A DNA stretch of 41,781 nucleotides from the NCBI GenBank assembly GCA_026025075.1, contig JAPEUI010000012.1, forward strand, positions 186,001-227,781, given 5' to 3'. Under the pieces are notes generated by a model. That model saw nothing but the letters and a program-made list of their open reading frames with translations. It did not search any database and had not been told where the DNA came from. Position 1 is the stretch's first letter, and each line of letters begins with the position of its first letter. This DNA is from Vezdaea acicularis (taxonomy: Eukaryota). Both the position numbers and the translations under genes were made by a program. Positions 1 through 12,613 of the stretch are shown piece by piece.

Positions 1-402
1 ATTTTACTATCTTGAAATTCTGTCATCAGCTTTGGTTACACGAGTATCAGCAGTTCTCCACTAGAGAGGTCTTCCATGGGGGCGGGACTTCGCTTGCAAC
101 ATTTGTACCCGCGGCCATCTAATTTGTAGAACAGATTGTTACGATATCCCTTTCATTCTAACCTGGACATTTTCATTGAGATTGGCCACTTTGGCTAGAG
201 GTAAGGTCGCCTCATCCATACAACTCTGAATACCAGGGGAGAGTCAAGGCATCAGCGCCTCGATATCTAGAAGACGTCTTTCCGTGGGTGAAGCTGCATG
301 ACAGCAATGTCCTATCCCTGTACTTGAACGTTCTGTCAAGGGTGTATTCCTCAAGCCTGATTCTATTGCATCTCCTGAGAATAAACGTGAACATGGCTAA
401 GG

Positions 403-2677
403 ATGAGTGGTACGAAAACAATGTCGGTAAATGTCATATCTGAAAAGAGCTTCAAAAGCAGCTAACCCCAGTTCCTAGATCTCCCAATTGCCAGATGAGC
501 TCCTACTGAGTATCTTTACCTTACTCGCAAGGCGCGACCTCTGTGCAGTTGCACGTACTTCTAAGAGGTGCAACGAAATAGCTATTCCAATTATATACCA
601 TACCATCGAGCTAGTCGACAAGCACATGAAACATAGCTCTGATGGACCAGAAGACCCACACAATGATACCCCCATGATCATGATACTATTGAGTTTGGCT
701 AGTAATCCACGGCTCGGTTCATATGTAAGGAAGCTTACGCATCGCTGTCATGAGCCTCCGCCGGGGCCAATGGAAAAATTGCGGGGTCACTCATTTCAAG
801 GACCGCTTCACGCTCATTCCTTAGAAGTTCTAAAACTTGCTCACCTCGCTATCTCACATATGACACATGTTCATACTATCTACATCATTTTTGGACACTT
901 TAGTCTCGTCAGATGTCTTTTGCGCGGCTTTTTCCATGTTGATCGAAAGGATGCTTCTCCGATAAAACGCTTATGGATTGAGAGTTGCTGCCTGGAAAGT
1001 ATTAACGCTATCGAGCCAGATCTTTCATTTCATGGTCTCGAATCGCTACGTCTTGTTCGACTTCGCCTGTTGACGGAGGAGGTTGCGGTGGAGCTGTTCC
1101 ACAAAGAGTATGAAGACTACTTGGACACGTCGGCATTCAAAATTTCCGTCCGTGACGGTATCAATTCGTCAAAATTCTGGGGAGGCTCTATCAACTCCTC
1201 AGAACTCTGGGAAGTCTCACTGGAACCTTGGAGATCAAATGCAGAAGCACGCTTTCCAAATCTTAACCAATTATCTCGACAATACAATAGGGACAACCCT
1301 GACATATATTGCAAGCCCGTGTTTGCTGATTTGCAGAAACCTTCAACTCTCATAAACCTGATGATACAAACATCGGCTGCATCGCTAACTTCCCTAAGCT
1401 TGGACTGGCTGATTGGCCTGCCCACAGAATTCAGTCGCTTGTTTGAACCAATGCCGAGTTTTCCAAACTTGAAGGCATTCCAGATGAGAAATGCGGTACT
1501 CAAGAATACCTGCTTCCCTGCAGGCGTATTCCTTCTACAGGCGACTTCACCCTTTTATCGCTTTCTCCAGATCCACAGAAAGCTGCGCTGCCTTTCTTGG
1601 CAGATGCACCATTTCTTTCCTGGGGATTCTTCATTCAATCTTGAGAAAGAGCCTGGAGTAAGGGAAGTTATCACTCATCTAGGTCGGACCTTGACGACGC
1701 TTCGAGTAGACTATGATTTTAACATTGGCGAGGAGGATTCAACGGCGGATGACAGCTACTGGCCTACGGATATGACAAGAAGTAGAAGACGGTTTGTGCA
1801 GAACTTTGCAGCTCAGATGCAGACACTCGAGGTCATTAAGCTCGAGGGTAAGATTCCGAAGGATGAAGTGAGAGAGACGATTCGAGCATTGCAGCGTAAT
1901 CCCCTCAAGAAGATTGTTCTCATCGGCCGGACGTGGCCAAATGGATTCTGCCACGGTCATGACGCTCCAATCCCGCCAACGGACGTGGCAATGAATAGCG
2001 TTCTTCCGCCACCAGCTCATGAAAGTTATGTACCACGTTATGGCGCTTCAATCCTGCCAATGGGCGAGGCAATAAATAGCGTTCTTCCACTACCAGCTCA
2101 TGAAAGTTATGTACCACGTTACGGCGCAATAGGTCCCATCATGATCGACATAATCTCGGAGTATTACAGCGAGACGATCAATGAGATCAAATTTTGTGGC
2201 TATCGTGGAGCCCCTGACTTGACACGCGAAAGAGTTAACGCGGACGCGGTTCCTTACCTGCACTCGTTAAGTAAAATGCCGAATTTGCTTCATTTCATAA
2301 CTGCGATGAATATAAACTGGACAAGATCAGAGTATCACATCCGTGATCTCATTGATTACTGGGAATCAGCGCGACCTTTTGCCGACTCCGCAGAATCTAC
2401 TGTCTTGAGCCAAGAGCTTAAAGCTGCGTGGCACCCCAGAGCCCTGGCGGATAGGATTTACAACGTTGTCGGCATACATCTCTCTCAAAAGCGTAAGCAA
2501 AGTACTCGAGTCTGCGCATTACTGAACTTACAAGATACTCCTTACTCTAACAATCCTATACACATCATGGAGATTTGGGTCACACCGAACGGGAAGATCG
2601 ATCGATGGACCGTTCCGTACCCTGATACCCACCCAACAGTACAGAAGAGAAAGTTAATGGAACGGCAGTGGTTCTAA
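403..2677 (+). CDS. F-box domain protein with probable LRR/RNI-like substrate-binding region
   Basis: N-terminal ISQLPDELLLSIFTLLARRDLCAVARTSKRCNEIA fits the F-box pattern; LxxLxL-like segments follow. Model: ATG 403, intron 427-478 (GTAAAT..GCTAAC..TAG), then in frame with ORF 488-2677. Confidence 0.8.
1968..2129 (+). repeat. In-frame 81-bp tandem duplication (2 copies) inside the F-box gene
   Basis: caatcccgccaacggacgtggcaatgaatagcgttcttcc... recurs 81 nt later as caatcctgccaatgggcgaggcaataaatagcgttcttcc...; protein NSVLP(P/L)PAHESYVPRYGA occurs twice. Confidence 0.95.
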
Positions 2678-2764
2678 AATTTTTCTTTGGACATGGAATG
2701 AAGACCAACAACTTTTTTATACAGATGTCTATATTGATGCTCTTTTGTATATGTAGGCTCCAAA

Positions 2765-4089
2765 TCATTTTGAAGCAGCCGGAAATACGACTACCGGGTA
2801 TTTGTCTAGACTCTCGTACCATTGTATCAAGCTCCCAATCAGAAAAGCCCAGCTTCCCCAGAATGTGGCCAGCGACGATTCGTAAACCGCCCCCGAGTTG
2901 GCTGATGCGAAGCCCAATGCGCCGCAAAGCTGGACTCGCGTTAGCTGTCTGCTTTCACACGTGGAGACATGCTGAGTGAGCTCACTGTAAATCCGATGCC
3001 CCCAATCAAATTCCACACCGCTACATGCCATCCAAGAGTTTTGGGCGCGGGAATGTACCACTTCGGCTGTGTTTCCAACATGAACAAGATTCCAGAGACA
3101 ATGAAGCCGGTACCGCCAACCACCTGAGGGGCCCAGAAAACGCCATTAAGGAGGCCTTGATTCTGCTGATTGACGACTTTGGGCAGAGCCGTGAAACCAG
3201 AGATCCAGAAGACCGTGGCGCCAAACATTTGCGCTAAACTAGCCAGAAAGCCCAACTCGTAGATGTAATATGATCGAAGCTCGTGTGATGTCGGGACCCA
3301 TTTCCAGGACCGCGGAGGTGTTTGGGATGGCTTCTCCGCAGCTCTCACCTCCTCGTCCTTCGTATATTGGACCTCTGCTCCCTGCCCAACAAAATTATTC
3401 TTATTGCCATGATGATGGCGGCAATCATTTCGCCTAGCCCTCAATCGTAGCTTCCTCCCCCTTCCGTCATGCCAGTCCTCCCATACACTCTCCAGCGCCC
3501 ACCCGAAGCAGGCGCTACTGTTCTCATTGACAGCCTCCAGCATCAAGAGTATACTTCCGAACTCAAAGATCGTCGCACCGATGAAGGCTGTGATGGGCCC
3601 ACCAAGCGTCAATTCGGTCGAGAACTCCGATGAAGGTCGCACGAGTGGCAGCCATACGAAAAATGCATTGATGCACCAGACGACCGATCCGAGCGTGAAT
3701 ATCGTCGCGACAAGGTAGGAGACGTCCCAGTAGGGATACTGCGTTAACATGCGCAGGATTCCCAGGAAAACCTGTCGGAGAGTGGCGGTCGGGCTGTATG
3801 AGATGTTATGGCTGTTCTTTGGGTCGTCGCTGTGCTCAATGAGCACGGTGTGTCGCCCTTTGCGATTGTCGCGAGAGCGCCAGAGGAAGTGCGCTTTGGC
3901 ATTGGGGAGCTCCCGCTCGTCCTTTGTGTGCTCGGAAGGGTGGTCGCCTTGGGAATCGTCTGACAGTGGTTCTTGTGAGAGCTCTACCTGGGCGCGGGTG
4001 GGGTTGAGGAAGGAAAAGGGGCCGTGGACATGGTGGTGTTTGAGAGTGCTGATTTGGTGCTTTGACGTAAGTTGTTCGTTGCGAGGCAT
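2765..4089 (-). CDS. Fungal multi-pass integral membrane protein of unknown function
   Basis: About 6 hydrophobic helices in two similar groups. Intron 2985-2930 (GTGAGC..GCTAAC..CAG) joins GGIGFT to LCGALGF...WAFLIGSLIQWYESLDKYPV. Confidence 0.8.
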
Positions 4090-5020
4090 GCCTCAAGGAC
4101 CACCATGGGTCAATGCTTGTAAACACAAAACCTTTCGGCTAAAGTGATATGGGGAATCTTTTGCAGAGGGTAATTGAGATAATATAGAGGATTATGAACA
4201 GGGGGACGAGAAAGAAAAAGGGCGTAAAGGAATGTGACGATGTTCAGACGCGGAGACAGAATAAAGCTCAGAAACAAGCTTTCTCCACTGCCAGACTTAC
4301 CGACCCGCGAGTCGCCACGGCATGCCCCTTCGGATCCGAATGGTTCGCTGCGTTATGGCCAGCACATCCCGTCTTTATTGGCACAACGAAGTAAAGGCTG
4401 ATGTCCCGTATAACAGAGAACCTTCAGATGACCGACCGCCCAAAGGTTTGCCGCCAAGGACGTTTGACCAGAAGCAATGACAAAGGGCGTGAAGAAATGC
4501 CCAGAGCAATGCACATCATCTCCGATCCGTGGCTGTGTAAGCTCAAGGAACACCCACGTAAGTTATAAGCTCTTGCATATTGTGGATCATCCTTCGCCCG
4601 GCTACCATAGCCTGTATTAAAGTGTTTACTTCAAGCTATCGAGTCTCGTTTCGACTGAAGAAGCAATTCTGCCGAGTCTTCGTGGGTCAGAAACAAGCTT
4701 GTCTTCCTTGCTGCAGAAATCCCGCTGCATGCGCAACGTTCTCTCCTAAAGTCCTGCTCCTACCTCCAGCGCTGTGATTGGAGCCCGCTCAGCTGCAGAT
4801 GGATAGGTTCATGCATCGAATACGATGTCTTATACCGGTGCTTGGGATTGCCCGACGCCGACCATAACAGGTTCATGCACGGTAGTTTTACGGTGCATGA
4901 TCAACATTAGTACTTAAGGCTGCTGCATCTCTACCTTACTGCTGAAAGGCATTCATTCCATGCCAAACTCCGAAAACAAAACTGCTTATAGCTTTGACCA
5001 CGCGCACGAGCTGTAATAAT

Positions 5021-6070
5021 ATGGCCTTGTCAATGATTCTTCTTTTCCTTCTCTGTACTGTTATCAGTATCTCTACCGCAAACGGCCAATGCACATTCCA
5101 AGGATCGCTCCACAAACGCGGAGACCCCGCCCAACACTACGCCGACGAGGCAGCAGAATGGCAGGGACGATTCGTGCGCCGTGATCGAGACGATGCGCTT
5201 TCGCCATTCGACCTAGAGAACAGAGCTGCCTGCAACGCGGACAACCTCCTGAGAGCACTTAGAGCAAACGCCGCAGCCGCAACACCCTTCTGCAGAACCT
5301 TCATCGGTATCGGAACGATCACCAAGACGACTTCGCCACCAGGGGTGACTGCTACCGTGTGAGTCCTGGAGCTGCGGCGTCCCTCCTTCTCAGCGATTCA
5401 TGTTGAGATATTTCTGTACTATTACTGAATCCCTCTTGAACGTACAGCGTCTCGTACACGGTCGGCGAAGGTCTTAGCTACTTCCCCGGCGGCACGAAAA
5501 TTGAATCCATACCCATCCCCACCTTCGTCGAGACGTATCCCGCGTCCCGCATCTCAAGCGGTTGCTCCTGCCTTTCCGCCCCCTCGGCAACTACAACGGT
5601 AACCTTGACGTCCGGCACCAACGTAAGTGTGTCGAATTGAGTTCATACATATCGCTGCCCTATGACTTGCCCACCAAGACGCTGACGCTGAATACTCCGC
5701 TCCCCAGTACTTTACCGTCACAAGCACATACACCGCCACAGTCAGCGGCGCCTGCGCGACACCAACTCCCTACCTCGGCGGCTTCGAACTCGGCAGCGCA
5801 GACCCCAACGTCACAGTCGGAGCCGGCTACGGCAACAACGCCTACGACTGCTGTTTCTACTGCAACGTGATCCCCGAGACGAATAATTGCCTCGCGTGGG
5901 TTAGCACGCCCGGCAGCTGCTTATTCCTGAAAGGGCCGTTCCAGTATCTGGGACCGCCTTGTCCGCAAGGGCTCAAGAATGGTGCAGTTGGTGTAAATGT
6001 GGCTAAGCACCCTAATAACTTTGGCGGGAATGGTCCGTGTGCGGGGACTATCACTGTCTGTCAGGAGTAG
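5021..6070 (+). CDS. Secreted Cys-containing protein (signal peptide, propeptide with dibasic sites, Thr-rich linker, Cys-rich C-terminal module)
   Basis: Signal-like MALSMILLFLLCTVISISTANG; motifs ACNADNLLRAL..FC and YPASRISSGCSCL; C-terminal DCCFYC..NCLAW..C..C..C. Introns 5359-5447 and 5623-5707 keep one reading frame. Confidence 0.8.
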
Positions 6071-7549
6071 TGGCCTTGCGAATAGAGATGGCGTGAATCG
6101 GGTCTGGGGATGGGGCTACGTGAAGAGAAAAGATTGTTTTGGACAGAAGATCCCCGTATAGGTTGGAAAAAAGGCAATATGAGAAGCTGAATATTTGTCT
6201 GAACAAACGTATTGTACGAAAATGGAGCTATCACGGTTGCTGCCTACTCCAAATTGCGACATTGTTTATTTTGGAATTATCCTGAGCGAACAGGCTTGAA
6301 AACTTCTTCTTAAAGTAGTTATAGGAAGCAAATGTGTCCTCACGCAATGTACCTTCCTTACTGAGAGCAACGGGAAATTCGGCCGAGCACATGGCAAGCA
6401 TGATCCGATTATAGTCGCTAGGCTCCACTGTCTCCTCGCCGCCACGGAGAAAAACAAAAGGAAATCGACCTGCGAGACAAGATAAATGCTCTTACTCTGT
6501 ATGAAGACTAAACGAGCCGCTCCTCAACTTCGAGCTGGCGGGCAGCCGCTGCACAGGAGATTCCAGCCGAGCTCTCAAAGCGGGCCCCGCGAGCGGCGGA
6601 GATATTCCGCCCGTCCGTCATTTATTCCTGGGCGGAGGCGAGTCCGGGGCGCGTCACGCGCGTCCGCCCGGAAGAGCACGAGCCACCATGTGGACCCTGA
6701 CAATCTCGCTAAGCGAGCAAGCATCCCCGATTCTTGTGTCACGAGGAATCAGCGAAGACCTCTCGCAGGGGGGCGTTTCTATTCTATGGCGATTTGGTAA
6801 CGAGGTCAGGGTAATGTTTCATGATGCAGCCGCTGCATTTAGAGCTTCGAGAGTTTGGCTGGATAGCATGTGATTTGACAGATAGATCGGTGATGGGACA
6901 GTCCTCCGATCGAAAAGTCTCGCGATCCCGATTGGCCGGGGCCGCACTGGCCAATGGCGCTGTCCCGCATTGAGCGGTGTCGGCAAAATCCAGCACCCCT
7001 TTTCCACGCCCGCGAAAGGCTGGATGCGCCTCCGCTGCGTGAAGATCTTGAACCTCCTCCCTCGTCACTCCCTTCGCACCGCTGTACGGTGATACGGATT
7101 CATTTCTCTAATACACATCGTTTCTTGGTAGACCTTTTTTGTTCCTGGACCTCCCTGTCCACCATCGGACTACACGTGCCCTCCGTCACTCCTTTCCTAT
7201 CCGTTGGTGTCGCCCGCTGGCGCGGTGGACTCTTCCTGCACCTATCCAGATCTCAAGCAGCCGGCTGGTGCTTCCGTTGCTTTGCTGTTCTGCCACGTCG
7301 TAGCACGACTGTGAGTGCATTGTTATCTTACTCGTCAGGGGTCCATATTCGACTGTGGTACTTCTCCTGCAGTACCGTACGGACCCCGGCGCGCAGTGAT
7401 ATTGCGAGCTGACCAAAGTCAGGTCTATAAACATCGTCTTCCGTTCTTTGTCTTGAGAGTTTCCCCTTTCAGGCGCACTCCAGACCACAAGCACTGCTCG
7501 TTAAATGCAAACGCGTTTCTTCCACGCATTCTCGCCTATAAAAACAAAA

Positions 7550-9224
7550 ATGGTCAGCTCTTCAAGTCGGCCCCAGACGCCGGGCCGTTCACCTCCACCC
7601 GATGCAACACTGCCACCAATTCCCGAAGGGTCGAACAAAGCATCTCACCCACCACGACGCTCGAGCCTCGGTTTTCTCCGACGTTCTAAATCTGGCGAAT
7701 CCGTGACCTCGAGGAGTTCCAACAAATTGAGCAAGAAAGAGAAGTATCTGCGCGAGCAAGAACGCATTCGCCAAGAGCAGGCTGTGCCAAAACTTCCCCC
7801 AACACTTCCGAGCTTTGCTCCATCACCTGAAATTCGCTCTTTTGGCGGCGAGAACGCGAGGCCTGAGTCGCTACCGGCTCCATCCAAAGGCAGATACGCG
7901 CGTGGCTCGATGGATAACTACGCTTCAAACAAATCCAGCGTGCCTATGCCACCAGTCCCCGTCGATCCATATGCTCGAACAGAGAGCATGACGCATCGAG
8001 GGAGATACAGCTACGCAAGTAGCGCAGTGAGTACGATCAATAGTCCGAGAAGAGTACGCAGGAGAAAGGATCCAACGCCATTCAAGTAAGTCTTGAATTA
8101 TAAGCTGATAGACCATCTGGCTTTGAACTTTCGGCACTGACACTTTATAAAGCATCCTGGTCCTTGGCACTCGAGGCTCTGGCAAAACTTCTTTCCTCAA
8201 CTTCCTCCACCAATCTCTTGCGCCCCCTTCGAAAAGATCTCGTCACACCCGCGGAGAAGATGATGCCAATACGCTGCCACCGCCGCTACCTAACACTGGC
8301 ATACACTCTAGCTTCACCTCACATTACCTCGAGACCGAGATCGATGGCGAGCGCATTGGACTCACATTATGGGATTCGAAAGGTCTCGAGAGGAATGTGG
8401 TTGACATTCAGCTTCGTGAAATGAGCCTCTTCCTCGAGAGCAAGTTCGAGGAGACCTTCACCGAGGAGATGAAGGTGGTGCGTGCCCCAGGCGTGCAAGA
8501 TACGCATATCCATTGCGCATTCTTGCTGCTTGATCCTGTGAGATTGGACTCGAACATTGCTGTCACAAACGCAAATGGTTCGGCTGGCACCAACGGTACC
8601 AATGGAAAGTACGGCGTCAATCATCCAAGTGTGGTTGGCGGTCTGGATGAAAACTTGGATCTCCAGGTCCTACGAGCCCTACAAGGCAAAACGACTGTCG
8701 TACCAGTGATCAGCAAAGCAGACACCATCACTAACGCACACATGGCACACCTGAAACGTACCGTCTGGGATAGCCTCAAGAAAGCTAATCTCGACCCCCT
8801 CGAAGCTCTGGGCCTTGACGACCGTGATGGTTCTGGTAGTGATCGCAGCAGCGTCCTCGATGAACGAGATGAGGACGAGGCTCTCTTCAGCGAAGGGGAA
8901 CCCAGCCAAGGATCACCAAAGGGCAAGACCACTGCAGTTGCCGCTGCTGAAGCCCGTGCCAAGCGTGACCCTTCCCCGTCTTCCGCAGCAGAGACGCCGT
9001 ACCTCCCTCTCAGTATCATTTCGCCCGATATCTATGACCCAGGAACCATTGGCCGAAAGTTTCCATGGGGCTTCGCAGACCCATATAACGTCGATCACTG
9101 CGACTTCGTCAGGCTGAAGGAGGCTGTCTTCACCGAGTGGAGGGGAGAGCTGAGGGAAGCAAGCCGGGAACTTTGGTATGAAGGCTGGAGAACGAGTCGG
9201 CTGAGAAGAAGGGGAGGCGCATGA
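7550..9224 (+). CDS. aspE: Group 5 (AspE-like) septin GTPase
   Basis: RRRKDPTPFN-ILVLGTRGSGKTSF P-loop across intron 8086-8152; VPVISKADT (G4 motif); GRKFPWG..HCDFVRLKEAVF septin-unique element; no C-terminal coiled coil. Confidence 0.9.
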
Positions 9225-9729
9225 TTTCAGTGATCAGAGCAGATCTGAAGGGTTCTACTTGTAGGTGATAGTTTGATGGAGGAGATTCATGCAAGGGGGG
9301 AGGCGGAGAATTTGGCGTGCAGGTGATCGGCGGCTCCTTCCCTTGTGGCTTCGAGACCTGGCGGCTGGCCTGCGAGCGAGGCGTTGCGTCTGATTTCATT
9401 TGTTTTGAAGCGCTGAGCGTCGTGCACTCGTCCGCCGATGGCGGTGACTGCACTGACTGGCCTGCCGGACTGTTTTGTACCACCTTGCCCTTGGGTGCAA
9501 CCATGGCACTTGTTGTAGTTTAAGAAGCAGAATTGAACGGTCATTCTGACAAAACGGCTCGTCATTTTGCGCGGCTGGCCAGTGCCTTACGGGAAAGCCA
9601 ACAAGTGCCTATTCAAGATGGTGGAGCGTGTGCTCCTCCCAGATACGGAAACGTCAAAGGAAAAAGAAGGCGCCACCCCTGCTCCCCCCCAACACTCCTC
9701 ACTCATCCGCGCCCCTGCACTTTCCTCAT

Positions 9730-11798
9730 CTACCGCCTGACGCACAGCGCTACCAAGAACGCCCCCGCATCGCCCCTCGTTCCTTCCTGCACTGCCATCG
9801 CCAGTTCCTGCCCGTACTTGCGTCTGAACTCGCCCTTCACCCGCTCCATATGCACGCGGTCCCAGTGCAGTCGCACGAGTCGGGAGATTAACAGATCCGT
9901 CTTCGGGTTCGACGTTGCCGTCGCTGATTGGTTAGATTTGGGATTCGGGAGGCAGTTGTGGATGAGCATTGCGTCTCGGACGGGAAGGTTCAGCGCGCCA
10001 TTGAGAACGTGCGTTAGGGTTTCGCCCTGGAGCAGGCGCGTCAACAATGGCAAAGAGGGAAAGGGAAAGAAGGAATGCGATAACTCACGACAAGATTGTT
10101 GCTCTTCGCCAACATAGCCCTCGTGAAGTTCTCTCCGAAGTTCTGCTCGTGAACCCGCATCACCTCACGCAGGTGCTTGTCAGAGCGCCGGACGATGATG
10201 TTGATCATTGTCGTCTCGCCTCCTTCCTTCGCCCTGATAGCTTTGTGCAACGTTTCAACGTCACCACGCACTTCGTTTGCATAAAGGGGCTCAGCCTCTG
10301 GTTGACGATTTTCCTCCAGCGCGAGCAATATACAATGTCTGAATTTATTCGCTTTGAGCTCGGATTTCATGCACTTCTCCAGACTGTCTCCATAGCGCTT
10401 GTCGCTGAACGCATCCTTGATCGCGCGGATCTCCTCGTTGGAGCGACCCATCAGTGCCTCGATCAAGAGCTCGTTCTTACTCCCGCCACCCTGATACCAG
10501 AAGTTGGCCCAATAGGCCTCTGATTCCCATCGACCAAGCGCAACGGCGTAACAGGCTTTATTGAAAGATCCAGGATTCAGAAAAGTCTTAATCTGTTTGG
10601 AGATATTGATGCCTTGCCCTTTGCTCTTCACGATCTTCTTGTACTCCGCTCGAAGCTCGAGAATTTGCTCCGAAGTGAGTTTGGGAAGAATGTCAATAAG
10701 GACGTCGGCATCCACGTCTCCCTTGTCCTTCAAAGCCGCTGCAAGCTTCCTCGCATCTTTCTCTGGCTTCCAAAACTTCACCCTCTTCTTGCCTGGATGT
10801 GCGTGTTTACGTGCGATACGCTCTGAATCATCGCTATCAGTCTCGGAATCGGATTCGGACTCTGAGGTTAGAGGAGAGAGCTCATCGAGTCCTTCCGAAG
10901 AGAGATGCATAGCTCCGGGCATAGGTGAGATCGATTGATAGGTGCCATGGTATGGTTCCAACAGAGGGCTAGGGGGACCGTAACCGCCTGGCATTAGAGG
11001 CCCGCCGCCAATCGAGAGATGTTGCATGGACGGGAGCAGCCCCTGCGAGCCAGCATGGTGATGACCAGGATGGGCTTCGATCAACTGTGGCCCTCCATGC
11101 GCATATGGATTCTGCGGAGGCTGGACCACATCCTCTTTATAGTTGTACTTGATGCGCTCATCAGGCGTTGCATATTGGTACTGGTAGCTGCTCTCCGAAG
11201 CGTACTGTGGGCGAGCTGCAGAGGGAGTGGAAAAGGAGTTATGATGCCCAGCAGCCGTTGTATACTGAGAAGAAGGGTTCGCATACTGGTTCTGGGTAGG
11301 TTGGGCGTACTGTGGCATCGATGGCTGTGCATACTGAGCTCCAGGAGAATGCGACCCCCCCATGTTGACATTGATGCTACCATGAGCTGCTAGATTTAGA
11401 GAACGAGATTGTGGGGAGGTTGGCGTATCGTTGTAGGCGTACTGAGTCGGGTTTGCATAGCCCGGGCTCTGCGGATTGTATTGTCCACGAGTATCGTTAC
11501 TGGGAGTTCGTTGCATGTACGAAGTCGGAGAGGCATAGTTGGGGGCCGCAGCTTCCCGATGCTGGTACTGTGGTGGCTGGGCATATCTCGACTGGTCGCC
11601 AGGCATTGGCAAGGGAACTACAGGTGCTGGAGGGTCGTCTTGATACTGGAGAGCGGTGTTGGTCGCATACTGCTGGTACTGCGCTGCAGAAGCATAGACC
11701 GGGCCTGGAGAAGGGGCGCGCACATTGGAACGAGAGCGTTCACGGCGGCCGGGCGACTTGGACCTGCCACGGCCTCTGGATTCGGGAGCAAGAGACAT
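9730..11798 (-). CDS. Fungal annexin, ANXC4-like, with long Pro/Gln/Tyr-rich N-terminal tail
   Basis: Annexin-repeat-like segments DARKLAAAL..LIDIL, LIEALMGRSNEEIRAIKDAF, MINIIVRRSDKHLREV, LLISRLVR. Intron 10088-10027 joins NNLV to GETLTHVLNG. Confidence 0.88.
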
Positions 11799-12613
11799 GT
11801 TCCCTTAATGAACGGTAAACATGAGAAATGGGACGGACGATTCCAAATAATAGCTCACGAGAAAGATGAAGTTGGCAAGATGTGTCTCTCCATGGTGGGA
11901 TCGCTGGCGGGGTTGGTGGCCTAATTTCGGCGTCGTGGTCTCGCGACCCGCACTAGCATTGGTAATGGCGAGGGGCAGCATAAGACCATCCATCCTTGCG
12001 GGGCTGCGGGGGAGAAAAGCAGGAAGACGTTGCCAATGGATACGAAACAGCGACAGGACCTTAGGCGCATCCGGAACGCCACGACTGGCTTAATGAGCTG
12101 GCTTCCCAGGATGGCGACAAAGATTGTAGAGGTTGGCCAAACAGATGCTTTGGTTCATGTTGCCAAGACGAGTGGGGGCTAAAAGCGTCCTGGGGTCGTT
12201 AGTGACACGCCAGCGATTGCAGACTCGAGCGGTTCAGCCTTGCGATGGCGTTGCGGGAGCTCGGCGGCGACCTGGAGAGAATCATTTTCCGACAGTGCTG
12301 AGGTGATTGCAAAAGCTAATATTGACACGGTCGGGTCCTGTCGCCAGCTTCCAACTGATAGAAATCGTACCCTGCAAAAGACGAGTTGCGTGCAGCATGC
12401 CAAGTGATGATTAGATACGCTATGCGGATGGTGAGCCGTTTCAGTCTTTAGGAGGGAGTTGAATAGACGAGTCCTTCCGCTCAATCAAATCGTATTGACT
12501 ATATCGCGGAGAGGTTGATTTCACAAGCCCACTCTGTTGAACGCGGCTAGGATGGGCGAATGTACGGATATGTAGTCATAGAATGCCAAGCCAATCAAAG
12601 CGCGGTACAGTCT

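Noticed and set aside
6372..6415. RNase P RNA-like GGGAAATTCGG and a nearby CCGATTA
   Set aside because: The two putative P4 halves are only about 20-25 nt apart, and I recognised no other conserved regions.
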